64,000 nucleotides of DNA from Lepidodermella squamata (Eukaryota; Animalia; Gastrotricha). The notes beneath the pieces are model-generated. The model was not told where the DNA came from, did no database searches, and saw nothing but the letters and a program-made list of their open reading frames with translations. Location of the stretch: NCBI GenBank assembly GCA_047495785.1, contig JBLDXI010000029.1, forward strand, positions 620,001 through 684,000, given 5' to 3'. The number at the start of each line of letters is the position of its first letter. The first letter of the stretch is position 1. Below, piece after piece: positions 40,770-53,877 of the stretch. The translations under genes were made by a program, and so were the position numbers.

Positions 40770-41931
40770 TTTCGCTTTCATTCGATCTTTTTTGTAATTT
40801 GCAATTATTTAATAATTACTTTTCATTCATTCTGGAATAATCACTGTGTGAAATAAAAGTTAGTTGGATTGACTTATTTAGCCTCGATTTATCGGCGAAA
40901 ATTTTCTGAAAATGCGTTTAACACTTTAACTGCCAATCCACAAATCCACAGTATGGATTTAGACCCAAATATCGGATCTCGCAGTCTATTTTTGGCAGTT
41001 AAAGTGAAGGAATGTTTCAATTTCAGGATTTTAAGGAGCTTAAAAAATTCCGTTGGAGGCAATGACGCTGAAGGGCAACTTTCAGCCCCGCTCCAGCTTC
41101 GAAAAATCGCAATTTTAATTTCAATTATTGAATTCTTTTATAAAAAATTCAATGAAAATAATTAACGAATTTCTGATTCAGTTTTATTAATGATAAATCA
41201 GCAAAATATGATTCATCTTCCAAGGTACAAGCCTTATCATTTTATCAGCACATTATGTTCAGACCTCGGAAAATTGATATGGATCAAGTGAAAATGGGTC
41301 TTTGCCTCAATTAGCCGATAGCATTCAGCCTGCGGAGCCGACATCGATTCCAAGTATCGATTTTAAAAATTTGTGATTTTTCCGATATCGGCCTAGCATC
41401 GGTAATTTCTCTGCGAAAATTGCTATAAAATAAAAAATTCCAGGTTTAGGAAGGGCATCGGTATCGATCAATAAATGAAGCCGAAAAAGCCGAAATCACA
41501 AAGAGTCTCTTAATTTTATTGCTGGAGCCTCATTTTTAGTGATGCCAGTGTTTGGATCCAAACTAAAAAATTTGGGCGAATTATTAAAAATTTAACAAAA
41601 AATACTTAACTTTACTTTCCAACCTGTATTAGGAACCGGACTGCGAGAAGGCGAGATACAGAAGCCATTCCTTACCCGTGAAATACTTTTCAGTTAAATT
41701 ATAATGCACTCAAGGCTACATAAGAAACTTGGAAATTCACCAAGCCCCACCCCTCACTTGTCCTAGGTAATAATTTCATATATCACAAATATGTTATCAG
41801 TTTCGCTGTTAATAAGAAAAGTAAACAGCCAGACTCCTAGGAAGTGTGGCCTGAAGTTGTGATAAGGGAAACATTATTTACAACAGAACTGCGTAGTATA
41901 AACTCTGCCTATACATACTACAACAACGACC

Positions 41932-42342
41932 ATGCCGGCAGCTGATTCAAATCGAGGGGCTTATGCCCTGGCTAAGACTTCAGATCAAGCAGACAACGCC
42001 AGCCACTCATCGCATGGCAAATTTTTCACGCGGGGCAGACGGCGCCTCGCCATATTTGTCACAGCGGCTGTCCTGGTCGCCGGCTTCTTCGTCGCATTCG
42101 TTTTGCTAGTTTTCGTCTTCCCGCCTGGTAAATCTGGCAAGGTCATTGAAAAGTCAACCGATATCGTGAATGGAACAATTGATAATAGCAGTGATACTGT
42201 CCATGTTCTGCCTGATTTAATTATTGAGGAGGATGGGGATGATGTTCTGCTCGGAGTTATCACCACCCCGATCTCTCAAATTCAGGGCGAGGAAGGCATT
42301 AATCTGATGCATGAGACAAAGCCAACTCTGGAAAGCCGATGA
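41932..42342 (+). CDS. Hypothetical 136-aa single-pass (type II-like) membrane protein
   Basis: TATAAA at 41897, ACCATG start, RRR followed by a long hydrophobic stretch, acidic C-terminal part with N-glycosylation sequons, AATAAA at 42350. Confidence 0.65.
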   Translation: MPAADSNRGAYALAKTSDQADNASHSSHGKFFTRGRRRLAIFVTAAVLVAGFFVAFVLLVFVFPPGKSGKVIEKSTDIVNGTIDNSSDTVHVLPDLIIEEDGDDVLLGVITTPISQIQGEEGINLMHETKPTLESR

Positions 42343-43188
42343 AGCTTGCAATAAAACAATTTTTCTAACATTTTTTCGTTTTTATTTCATTTTATTTTTT
42401 ATTACGAAGTTTTCGTTCACACATATTTTGTTCCCCATATAGAATTGTGTTTTTCAGCAAGGCGATGATTAGGAGTTGGGATTCGGGTTTAGGGCTAGGT
42501 CGATTTCCGAGTTTTCTAAGTTGTGTTTTAGGGCACCAATAATCATTTTCATGTCATTTTCAAGCTGAAATTGGCTACGTTTACGGAACCCCCTTTTGGT
42601 GTTCATAAGCCGAAAACGAGTCCTCTGGCATTTCCTTAAGGTTTCCAGCTCGAAATGAATGGGAAAAATATGTATGACAGAATATGAAAGATTGCACACG
42701 TTTTATTATTAAATTGTTAAAAATATTCCAAAAATTACCCGGTTCTTATCATCATGACCTCATCATCAGTGGATTGTAATTATCGAGAAACTCGAAGTTA
42801 ACTCGAAAATCTAGTAAAACCGAAATGTCATTCTGCTGGACCAAGAGTAGATTAGCTGATGTTGCAAGGCTGTTGCACCGATAAATCGTTTATTTTTCAA
42901 TGTCTCGCAGGTAAAATGTGATTGCATTTTATATTACATACCAGATTAAACAAGGACGCACTCTGTTCAGTTTGGCATCACGTGTGATGCCATCTCGAAA
43001 ACAACGCTCGTGAAGCAGAGTTCGGTATTCGGTATTCCTTAACCCTCGCGCGCATAATTGCGGCTTCGCATGCGAAAGACGCGCTTGAGGTGCAACAAAA
43101 CAAAACTCGCATTCGCAAAATAACCGTAGTATATGGACTCTGAACTAACTTATTCACAGCTATGACGCCGTAGTAACACTGTATCGAA

Positions 43189-46100
43189 ATGCTGGTCCAT
43201 TCTATCCATTCCATTTTATTGTTGATAGCAGTTTCTTGGCACGCTGCCAGTGCAACTCCTGACCAGTTCTTAGGTGGGACATTCTGGTGGAGTGCTGTCA
43301 ACCCTACAGACCCAGTAAGTCCAGCCATGAAGCAAGAAGCATCCTATAAAAACCTTACTGAATTAGACCAGGATTAGCCTCAACATGAAGTTCGGCTGGT
43401 CTTCGCCCGCCACATGTGCGGTCGGTCAAACTATAGGCGACCCAGGTATGGTGATGTCAAGCGGCGCCCAAATGGGATCTACTCAGGTGGCCTGCGTCAA
43501 CCAAGGAACAGCCGAGTTCCCATACACAGTCGGAACGAGCACATTGAACAATCTACCCATCCCAAACTCAGGCTTCGCAATTTACACGTATGAAGGCGGC
43601 CCTTGGAAGGCCGGAATCCCGTCCGCAGGGACTGGCAATTGGAAACTTCAAACCGTTGTCCAGTCCCCGGTTCGGCCTGATACGAAACAGGTGAATCGAA
43701 GCCCCGTCGCTGGGTTCATCCCGCAATTCATCCTCTATCGAAACTGCCCGTTCAACAACGGCAACCCATGGAACATTCCAGCTTTCGACCCGGATCAGGA
43801 CAACATCTTCTGCAGATTCTCGTCTGCAGATGAATGCGGGTCGATCTGCGGCGCGCAACAGTTGACAAGGGCGAATTTCGCAACGTTAGCTCTTGCTGGT
43901 CCTAACAGCTGTGCGTTACAGTTAGCCCCGCGAAATACGGGTACGTACGGCATCGGGCTGCAGGTGGATGACTACGCTGATATCAGCCAGGGGTCTGCGC
44001 TTTCGACAATCCCGTTGCAGTTTTTGATAACAGTTCGCGATGATGGCGTGACAAACTGCGCGACACGGCCGACAATTGTCTCCCCAACTGTCCCGCATAT
44101 GGCCTGTCTAGGGGCTCAGGTAGGTCCTACAAATTACACAAAGGTTACATAATTCTCTGGTCTCTGTAAAGCCAAACGTGCCTTTTAATCAGCGAATCTA
44201 TATGCAACCTGGAGTTACCCCAGGTTCAGCGTAAGGTTTCACCTAAGTTTGCCTGTTCCTTGCTATTTCTCGTTCTTAGGGTTACAAACGTCATGGCTTC
44301 GACTCCAAGTGGCATGACTGTGTCGAATGTTGCGTTGGATCCTACATCAGGCCTTTACTACGCTGATCTCACATGGTTGAATCCTATAGCTGGGGTCAAC
44401 TTCGCTTGCTTTTCGGCTGTCAATACTCTACGCCTGGTCTCAGATCCGCAATGCATTGACATTTGCGTGGGAGGTAAATTAGATGTAGTCAGATCTCGAA
44501 GATCTATCACCTTTGTTTTGCAGCTCCTATTGCGCAGCTAGTTTCAATGTCGCCGAATTTCACAGCGACTCCATTTAGCCCACCTGTTACAGCAATGACG
44601 TTCACATTCAACTCCCCAATTTTGCCAGGGTTCCTGGGCTCTAGCTTTCTAGTTTACGAAAGCATCCCGGGCACAGCTCAATACCGTGTGGTCTACAATG
44701 AATCAGTTCCAACTAGTTCTTCGATTCGGGTTAATCAAACTGTTCTAACAGTCGACCTCCGATCAGTGCCTTGGCGTGGAGGTTACAGCTACAAGTTCGA
44801 AATGCAAAATGGTATGAGATAAATTTCAACATCTTGTCGGCAAATAACATTTCTTTCGCAAGGGCTCGTCATTAATCAGAACTGCTGTGGCATTTTTGCG
44901 GATCTCTCAGCTGGCCAGCGTGTATTGACCGGCGTGTTTCAAGCCCCTCCAGACATAACTTTGCCCACTGTCCCTATTGAAAGGTTCACGACATTAGCCC
45001 CAGGCGTAACTACTGCAGTTCAAACTAGTAAGAATTCACGCCACTTGTCTTGAAATTGATATTAACATTTATTAAAATTGCAGCTCTGGCTCCAGGGGTC
45101 ACAAGTTAGTTTTGCATTCTTTACTTGAAAATAGCTTTCTTAAATGACTCATTAGCTGCTACGGCACTTACAACAACAACGGCACGAGCTCCAATAACCA
45201 TTCCTCCAGCTCCGCCTGGTTCAATCATCATAACGGTACCAGTTCCAATCATAGTAACCGTACCATCCAACGGGACGGGCTGTAACTGCTGTAACTGCGC
45301 TCAACCAGATTGGGGAGCGATTTTAGGCCAAATTAACGGAAATCTATCGGCTCTGTGGCGAAATGCTTCATACAACATTTTCAATAACGTATCAGTTAAC
45401 ATGGTACGGGTTCAAACATTTCAGAAATTGGATTCGACGATTTTTCTTGTATTTTCTTAGGGACCAATCAACATAGCTCCTTCGCCCATTTTCATATCAA
45501 TTGGCCCGCCTGGAGTGCCACCGCCGGCTCCAACACCTGTACCGCCATCGCCTCCAGCAATTATCTATCCCGTGATACCTGTCTATCAAATCGTTCAGCC
45601 GATTTTCTACCTCCAGCCCTTCATAGCTGCCTACGCCTATCCCCAGTACCAAATTGGTTACTTCGGCTACTCGAACGTAGCTACTGTTGGAATTATCAAC
45701 ATACCATTCGACGCTTACTCCCGAGGCGTTGTAGGAAACGCTTTGATCTTCAACGGCGTCACTCAATACGTCACTGTTCAGCCACCGACTTGTAACGCCT
45801 GCTTCGGCAATGTTGGATCGTGCTCTAACGGAGTATCTATGTGCATGTGGTACATGCCACTTTGCACTTGTGCCACCGATCAGTACGTATTTTCTGGATT
45901 TGGGGCAATGTCTGGCAACCAGCCACAAATCGCCCTCGTTCAAACAGCGACTATGGGACTTCAAGTCTACTTATCAGCCGGCCCGAATACTTACTACCTC
46001 GCAAACTCGGGTGCGAACACCCTGAGCCCAGGAACTTGGTCTTACGTCTGCTTTTCGTACCAGCCTAACACTGGGATCAATTTGTATATGAATGGCCTAT

Positions 46101-48706
46101 GTATTTCATGCGCAAACCCTAATATGGGCCTTTACTATGTCAATTTCACCCAGCAATACGCACTGCAGCCAGTTTATCCTGGTTACGCCTATGCAGCTCC
46201 GCCTAGTCAGTGCAACCTTTTTATAGGAAGGCCTAGTTTCAATATCGCAACTGGCTACGGACGTTTTGCAATTGACCAATTTCAAGTTTGGCAAAATGCA
46301 TTGTCGCCAGTTGCAATCTATCAATTATACGCGACTGCCCAGCCTAGTTTCCTATGGGCGGCTAACCAGGCTCCCCCAAATTCAGCAGGCATGTTATACG
46401 GATCTGCAACTTTTGTTCAGGGCTACAACGGACTCAGCTTACAATGCTCGCGGTCTGGGGATGGAATTTACTGGGCCCAGCCACTGTTTGGAACAACGGT
46501 TGGAAGCGTTACAACTTCAGGCACCCAAGCAGCTCTAGCAAGTCTTAGTGACGCATTGACGGCTTCTTTCAAAATTCAGTTCTTGCAACCTCTAACTCAA
46601 CCTGTTGCGCCACCAGCTGGCCAGTCCTCTTATGTTTACTACTATGACCAGCCGATTTTCGCGTTGGCTATGCCAACTACGGCTCAAGGCAGTGTAGCGA
46701 CCCCGCCTAAGCTAGCAATTTCTTACGACCCCTTTGCTGGCTTTCGAGCTTTTTACTGGGCGAATGGGACAGTTTGGTTCATCAATGGAACTGCTGGCTA
46801 CACTTTAGCTACAGGAGTTCCCACTACGCCACAGTTCCAGTTTGGAACCGTGCCAACTTATGCATCTGCAAGTGCTTCGCCTCAATCTTTGACGCCATGG
46901 CGAGACATTCTGATCCGGGGAAGTCCGATAAATGGCCTTCAACTTTACATTGACGGCACTTTGGCTGGTAATGGCATTGTTGTTAGCAGTTTGCCCATTT
47001 TCGGCAGAAGTGCGAATCGGGAAAATGAAAGGAAGCCTCGTCAAGCTGCAGGGACAGCTTACTACGGAATTCCGACTTCGGCAGTAGATGTCTCAAGACT
47101 GAACATGTATCTATGCTCACCAACGGCTTCTCCGTGGAATTATCAGACCAATCAGCTATTTCCTATGCGTTTGGATAGCGTTCAGCTTTGGCCGGTCTAT
47201 CTACCGGACAATATGATAAACACAGGCTTCATTCGGAGTGAGCCAATCAGGCCTTATTTGATCACGTACTTATTCATTTTACATAGATACTTATGGAATG
47301 TTATCTCTGGCTGCTAACTGCTTTATCCTGCCAACTGTGACCGGCTTAGTCCAAGTTCCGTTCCAACTAATTGGAAGACCGGTTCAAATCGTCTCACCCT
47401 ACGGTCCCGCCGTACAATTTACGGGCAATGATCAAATCAGGGCTACTTTTACTCCAACTTTATGCTACTTCAGTCCGTCCTATTGTACGGATGGCTTTAC
47501 AATTTGCACACAAATCTTAACGAGGAGTTTTGGTAAGCTTCGGCTTTTAAGTGATTCCATACCTCAGACTTTTCTACCAAGCTACTGGAGGGTCGATTTT
47601 TTCAAATCTGGCCACGGCGGTTTCTGATGGTCTTCTGTTGTACCTGAACCCGAACGGGACAATAACTTCCTACGTCCACTACGGCACAGCGGTGTGGATG
47701 GCAACATCTAGCTCAGCGATTAGGATAAACGTCTACAACAGCATCTGCTTCAGTTGGAGTCCAACAGGCGGACTGCATCTCAGCATCAACTCAGTCTGCG
47801 TAGCTATCGTTCGAACACCCCGACCCTTCACCCTAGCAGCACCGCAGAATCCAAACACTTCGCCAACAAATGCTCTTTTCATCATAGGAACTGGGACTTA
47901 TTCGACCAACAATCCAAGCAACTCTTTATGGACATTCTCAGGCGGATCTGCAATACCAATTCAACCGCGACAGGCTTACCAATTTGTGAATATTGACCAG
48001 CCGTTAACTTTTACCTTAGCTGACATCAAATTATGGAACGCCAAATTTTACCCATCCGAATTATTTCGTGAGATTTCCCAATTCCTGTCATATCTCTGTA
48101 AAAGGGTTTCTCTTTTCAGCTAAAGATGAGGATGAGCAGACATACAATAGCCAGTCGAGGTCAGCGAGAAGAAGGCCAATCTTGGGCAACCTGACAGCTG
48201 ACACGCTAGGTGGAGTCAGTAAGTCTCTAAACTCAACGAATTGGTGGCCGATAGCGCTAGTCGCTGCTCTCAGTATAGCTTCATTGCTAACCAGGTTTGT
48301 TCTGATTGAAAGGATAATTATCTTTTATGATTTTCTGCCGTTCAGCTTAATACTTCTGATCACTCTGCGGCAAAATATCGCCAGCTATCGTAAACTAGCT
48401 GATAAACCCAGAGTTACAGAATCCTCTGGCAGTATAACGATGGTTCATCCGCCCCGAATCGGAACACTAATTTCTCGAGCCTCCACTCTTTCATCATCAA
48501 AATCAAGTATGAATGCTGTGCTGCTGGGCCGAAAGGTCAGCAATTTTCAGCGGCCAGAGGTGGCAAGAAGTGCTGCGAGAAGCACAGGTCGCAAGGCTAG
48601 AATGCGAGTTCATCCTTTCGACGAGAAAAATACGACAAATCTAACATTAGCGCTATCATTTTCGGGGTCAAGAAATTACATAAATGACCATGAAAGTCGA
48701 ATGTAA
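43189..48706 (+). CDS. Large multi-exon type I membrane protein: signal peptide, 'F.GGT..W' N-terminal domain, Ig-like region, Pro/Thr stalk, about 3 LamG/pentraxin-like domains, furin-like sites, TM, basic tail
   Basis: Signal peptide MLVHSIHSILLLIAVSWHAASA; DQFLGGTFWW; NRSP..IPAFDPDQD..CR...ECGSIC; LSTIPLQF. LamG-like motifs CFGNVGSCSNGVSMCMW, W.YVCFSY....GINLY.NG and IDQFQVW. RSARRR precedes the TM WWPIALVAALSIASLLT/SLILLITL. Confidence 0.78.
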
Positions 48707-48800
48707 GATCTCGTCATCATAAAGAATAAAATAGGCTATTTTCCAAAAATGTTTCCAAAAGTTTTATTTTAGATTGAAAAACGCTGTAAAATGTCATTTC

Positions 48801-49285
48801 TCAACTTCTTGTGATTGATAAATCGTAGCTCCTCTCCTCCATCTCGTTCATCAGCCGACATAGTGAGCAGTACATTAAGAATAGCCTAAAAGAACGCCCA
48901 GCTTAATCTCATGCGGTCTCAGTTATAGACTTACCATTCAGAGGATTCCTCAGCAAGACCCTTCTGTAAATGTAGATGGAGTATAGAAGCCTATACGGTC
49001 TGTAAATAAGCCATACCTGAATGTTGTTAAGAGTTCTGAATTTGACTGAAGAAGCCAATGGCCCGAAGCAACAGGGCACGCACAAGTTTTCACCCAGTCG
49101 TGTTGAAATTCGGCATTGAACGATGCAAGGACACCAGCAAGTCAGACAACCTAGATCATCAGATCCACAAAAATTAGCCATCTCATTTCAGATCTAAGCT
49201 TACATGTCGACATCTTCTTCGTACAATCGCAGATGCCAACCTTGTACTTCTGCCCTCCACCACCGGGTTGCATTGTAACAGGCAT
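48801..49285 (-). CDS. PLAC8/cornifelin-family Cys-rich protein (4 exons)
   Basis: MPVTMQPGGGGQKYKVGICDC, CCLTCWCPCIVQCRISTRLGEN, KFRTLNNIQ, CSLCRLMNEM. Confidence 0.82.
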
Positions 49286-49507
49286 TTTTCGAAAGCTTTC
49301 AACTTACTTCTGAGACGCAATAATGTTGTCATCAATGCTTTTATTTTTGCTTTTGAGACATGGTGTGATGTCACTTGGCAACGCACCTGATTCATGGTCA
49401 TAATTCAAAGGGATGGTTTTTATTGTGAATGGGCTAACAAGCCGTGAGTAGGCGTGTGCTCAGGTGAAAGTTTGCAGCAACGATTTTGGTGAATCTTCCG
49501 TAAAGTT

Positions 49508-50079
49508 ATGTCATCCTACGCATACCAGAACAACCCGGGCTATGTGAATGCGCCCGTGGTGGTTCAGCAACCACAGCCCGCCCCAACTTCGGGCCGGAAT
49601 TCAATCGCACCAGCTACGAGCTCACATCCTCCTCCTCCTCCCCCGCCGGCGTCTGTAACAACTACAGTCCGCCATCAACCGGCTGGTGCCAGTTGGCAGT
49701 ATGGCTTATGCGGATGTTGTGCTAAAGGGACTAAGTTGAAAAACTGTTGTTGCGCCTGCTGGTGCCCTTGCGTTGCCGAGTATCGGATTGCGCTGAGGCT
49801 TGGCGAGTCCTGCCTAACGCCGTTCGTGCCCGCAACTTCGGCGTGCTCCTTCTTTGCGCACATCTCGCCCGAAATGGCTATGAGCACTCGACTTCGGTAC
49901 CTAGTCGGAATTCAGGTTGAATTTTCCAGCTTACTTTATTGAAGCTTTTGATTTATCTTTTGTTCGATTACTAGCAATCACAAATGGCTGAGGGTTGTTT
50001 ATGGTGTTGGTGTGGCAGATGCATGCTTTGCCGCATGCTTAACGAGATGGACTATCGACAAATTGACTGGGAATACTAA
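49508..50079 (+). CDS. PLAC8/cornifelin-family Cys-rich protein with Pro-rich N-terminus (2 exons)
   Basis: WQYGLCGCC, CCCACWCPC, RLGESC, RLRYLVGIQ, CMLCRMLNEMDYR; AATAAA at 50110. Confidence 0.88.
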
Positions 50080-50232
50080 ACGCTTTTGTTTGTGTTTTTA
50101 ATGAAATCTAATAAAGCAGCTTATTTCGCAGTCTGAATGAGCTTACTTTTTGCTTTCAGTATACTTCGGATCTAAATTCTCTGTTGATCACAGATGCCAT
50201 AATTTTGCCAAGACATTATTTCTTTAATTTAG

Positions 50233-51275
50233 ATGCATTTTCATAGTGAGACCAGTGAGACTTTGCCCAAAGTTGTGATGTTGACGTGCGGTCAATGTAA
50301 CTCCTCTTGTTTCAAAAATGAAACCAGTTTGGCTGCACATATCCGCAGGGTTCACCCTGAAACATGGGCCCTCCGATGCTCGGCTGATAATGATACTAAG
50401 GGGTTACTTGGCAAATCGGTACAATTTAACAAGCGCGGTAAGTCAGTTTTATCAAATTTTACGCGAATGCTTATGATACCTTGCTTCTGGTTATAGGACA
50501 TTTCTTGTCTGGTATTTGCTCCGCTCGATACACAAGAAAAATATATTTGACGAATCACATGCGCAAATACCATCCTGATACAGTGCGGTTTGAATGCGCA
50601 AGTTGCTGTTTGAAATTCTTGACTCGGCTCGATTTGTTGCGGCATTGGAAATCGGCGCACAGCATGGAGCCCGACTCGCCCCCGCCATTGGATTGTTCTG
50701 AATGTGGACAGAAATTGCGGATCTCAGATATAAGAGACCACTTCATCGCAAAGCATCCTCTGATAGTTCGATTGATCTGCAGTTATTGTGCGATAAAGTT
50801 GGACTCTCAAAGGAAGAGAATTGTCCACAAAAAGAGCTGTCCTGTAAAACCGATTGGACTTCACTTTCAGTGCACCGTGTGCTTGAAGTTCTACCTTTCC
50901 GCGAATTCTTTGCGAGAACATATAAAGCATAAGCATGCTTCTATTCCTGAAAAAGTCGGCTGGCAGTGTCCGATGTGCAACATGCGCTTCCGTAGCGACG
51001 CCTCGCTGCTTTCACACTCTTGTAAGCGTTCTCTCTCCTGCCAGTTTTGCGAGCCTGGCTTTGCTACCTTCCAGAGTAAGAACAATTTGCAACAGCACTA
51101 CCGCAGCAAGCATATTAATTCGTTGCCTTTTGATTGCTCTTATTGCGGCGAAAAATTCATGTCTGAAAAATCCCTTTCAAATCACGTGGCACACGCCTCT
51201 GCTTGTAAAGCAAAAAGATTTCGAGATGGAAAATCGCACGAAAAATCTACTTCAAGCGCGACTCTGAGTTTCTGA
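50233..51275 (+). CDS. Multi-C2H2 zinc-finger protein (intron 50438-50496), several fingers degenerate
   Basis: Fingers include CTVCLKFYLSANSLREHIKHKH, CASCCLKFLTRLDLLRHWKSAH and CSYCGEKFMSEKSLSNH. Confidence 0.85.
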
Positions 51276-51668
51276 GCTGAAATTCTGACTCTGAGCGGAA
51301 TTTCGAAGAATAATCTCGAATATCGTTGATATTTATGTTGTCATGTTGCAGGTCGGAAATTCTGAGAGCAGTTCGAAAACGTGAAGCGGAGACAGAAAAC
51401 CTTTGCAAAAATTGCTTTTTATATTATTTTCACATATGTTTTGGAGGAAGCTTTGCATGTAAAACTTCTTCATTAGAGTAATAAAATAGTGCTTCAGATT
51501 TTTAATGTGGAGAGGACTGAGAGGTGTTAAAATGAACAACGAAAGGCGGAATCTGTTAGCAAAGAATAGCCCTTACCAAACATCAAGCAAATCAAGATGT
51601 AAGCAATATTGCACTCAGCGTGTATGAAAAGTTGATGTTCTTGGTGAGTTATTGAAAATTCGCGACTT

Positions 51669-52702
51669 TCAGAGCTGATCAGCAGCATGGAAAGGATAAT
51701 CGGCGTGCTCCCGCAGCCTAGCACCGCCAAATATCCACCAAATGCACCGCTCGCCTTCATCAATAGCCCGAATTCTCTCCATGTCTTCAGCACTCAACTC
51801 AAAATCCCAAATGTTAAAATTGTCAACGATATCCACCGTGGTGACGCATTTAGGAATGACGAACAGGCCTAGCTGAATCAGCCAGCGAAATATCACTTGC
51901 GTCACCTTTTTGCCATACTTCTCGCCGATTTCGACCAGGACTGCATGCTTGGTCGTATCAATGAGTTGACGCTTTGGTGTGTAATCTGGCCCAGGCTTGC
52001 CGAGAGGCGAGAAAGCCGTGAAATCTAGACCGTTCTCGCGGCAAAATGCGATCAATTCATGTTGCTGGAAGAATGGGTGCATCTCGCAGTGATTCATCAC
52101 CGGCTTGATTCTTGCGACTTTCAGCAATCGCTCAATTTGGCGCGCGTTGAAATTCGCAACGCCAAGGGACTTGATCTGAAAAGATAATAGCATTGTTTCA
52201 AGGAAACCCAACTTCAGTTGGTCAGTCTTACCAAACCCAAGTCAACGCACTCCTCCAGCTTTTTCCAAGTTTCCTCAAATTTGAGGTCAGCATCAATAGC
52301 CAACTTTCCGCCTTCCATCGGGATGATTTCGTCATTAATGTTCCTCAAAGCGATAGGGAAATGCAGAAAGTACAGGTCGATGTAACCAGCCCTGAGTTGT
52401 TCGATTTGCCGCTTGACTTGATCGATGACCAATTCAGGGCGGTAATGGGTTAGCCACAGCTTTGTAGAGATGAAAAGTTCTTCGCGTTTGATGAATCCTT
52501 CGTGATAAAGCTCTTGCAGGGCTTCGCCTGTTAGAATCTCTTCATTCGGGTACCACTGCGCCGTGTCAATATGGCGATAACCTGCCTTAATAGCAGCTTT
52601 CAGATTCGCTTTAATTTCACCGGGTGGATTCAGGAGAAACGTTCGGTAGCCAAGAACTGGAACCTCCTGGCCAGATGACAGCTTTTTCCTGAGTTGCGAC
52701 AT
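51669..52702 (-). CDS. Aldo-keto reductase (AKR1-like; intron 52176-52231)
   Basis: GYRHIDTAQWY, REELFISTKLW, YIDLYFLHFP, KSLGVANFN, EMHPF, FSPLG, IPK, NFNIWDFELS. The D/Y/K/H catalytic tetrad is present. Confidence 0.93.
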
Positions 52703-53877
52703 TTTGCTGTAGAATTTCAAATTCAAATTTAGAATCCAGTATAGAATTGCTTTTGCTTATATTATGCACGTGTGTTCTGGATATTCTGAAGGCGGGCAGT
52801 TGGTGAGTAGGACGTAGTGTGAGAACAATGGTAGACGTGGCTTTAGGTATGAGATTATCATTATCGGCTTGTTGCGTCTCAACAGTTCAACCCTCGACGC
52901 TGCTGCAAACAATGTGAACGCACAAAAAACCCGTTTTTTGGTCCCCAAGGGGCTATTATTAGATACTGCTTTTATTACTGAATATTCAAGGTTTTATGCG
53001 ATAAGCATTAAATAAATAAGTAGTATGTTTTCAGAATTATTTGCACAATGGCAGCAACGAGTTTTGGTGGCAAAAAACAGCAAATATCATTTCAAAGAGA
53101 ACAAAACAGGTGTTTCAGTCCCAAGAAACTAATTTTAGATGGTTTCGTCGTAGCAACAAATTATCCGTTGTTTCAATTGGTGGGTACGCCTATTTCTGAA
53201 TCCTGGTGCATTCAAGCCTACTCGCTGCAGGGAGTCTTGGAAATGGGATATGTAACCTTACTATGTAAACGGTATAACTGAACAATAATTGTGATCATCT
53301 TCGACTCGATCAGGCACATCCACATTTTCCGGTTTCAAAAGTGCATCGCTTTTTGTGTTTCAGAGTTATCCAATTTACTCAGAGCATCCATCCACATGTA
53401 TTTTTGATGAATGATGAATAATAGTGATGATAAATGACGCTCACGTATCGCCGTTGAAGACCGCATTTCTTTTGTGTAAAAAACGACGCGATGATAAGGA
53501 ATGCGCAATTTCAAAGAAGTGCGTTTCTCTGCATCGCACTTTATCTTTGCCGGAAGCCGCCAATATAAGCCTCGCCTATTCTAAGAATTATTTGCTGATG
53601 ACGAGTTATGAACAAATTCCGGTGGGGTTTTTCTCCTAACACCTTAATAAAAAATGAAAGTGCTACCAATTGAAACGATAAAATTAGTCATTATCATCGC
53701 ATTTTTTATCACTTTCTCGGAGATTTGAGGGTGTAACTGACGGCATGGGAATGGAGATAGCAAAAAATGCCACGCCTATCCTAAGAATTCGGGCAGCTCG
53801 ATAATAGCGTCGAACATTTAAAAGGTGCGCTGCTGTATCTCGATAAAACCATTTCTTCATTTGGAGCCTGAAATAAT

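Noticed and set aside
42468-42500. TTAGGG-like repeats
   Set aside because: Only a few degenerate units; not a telomeric array.
49183-49401. ORF-track start at 49401 for the minus-strand PLAC8 gene
   Set aside because: Wrong frame; the family motif is in the frame starting at ATG 49285.
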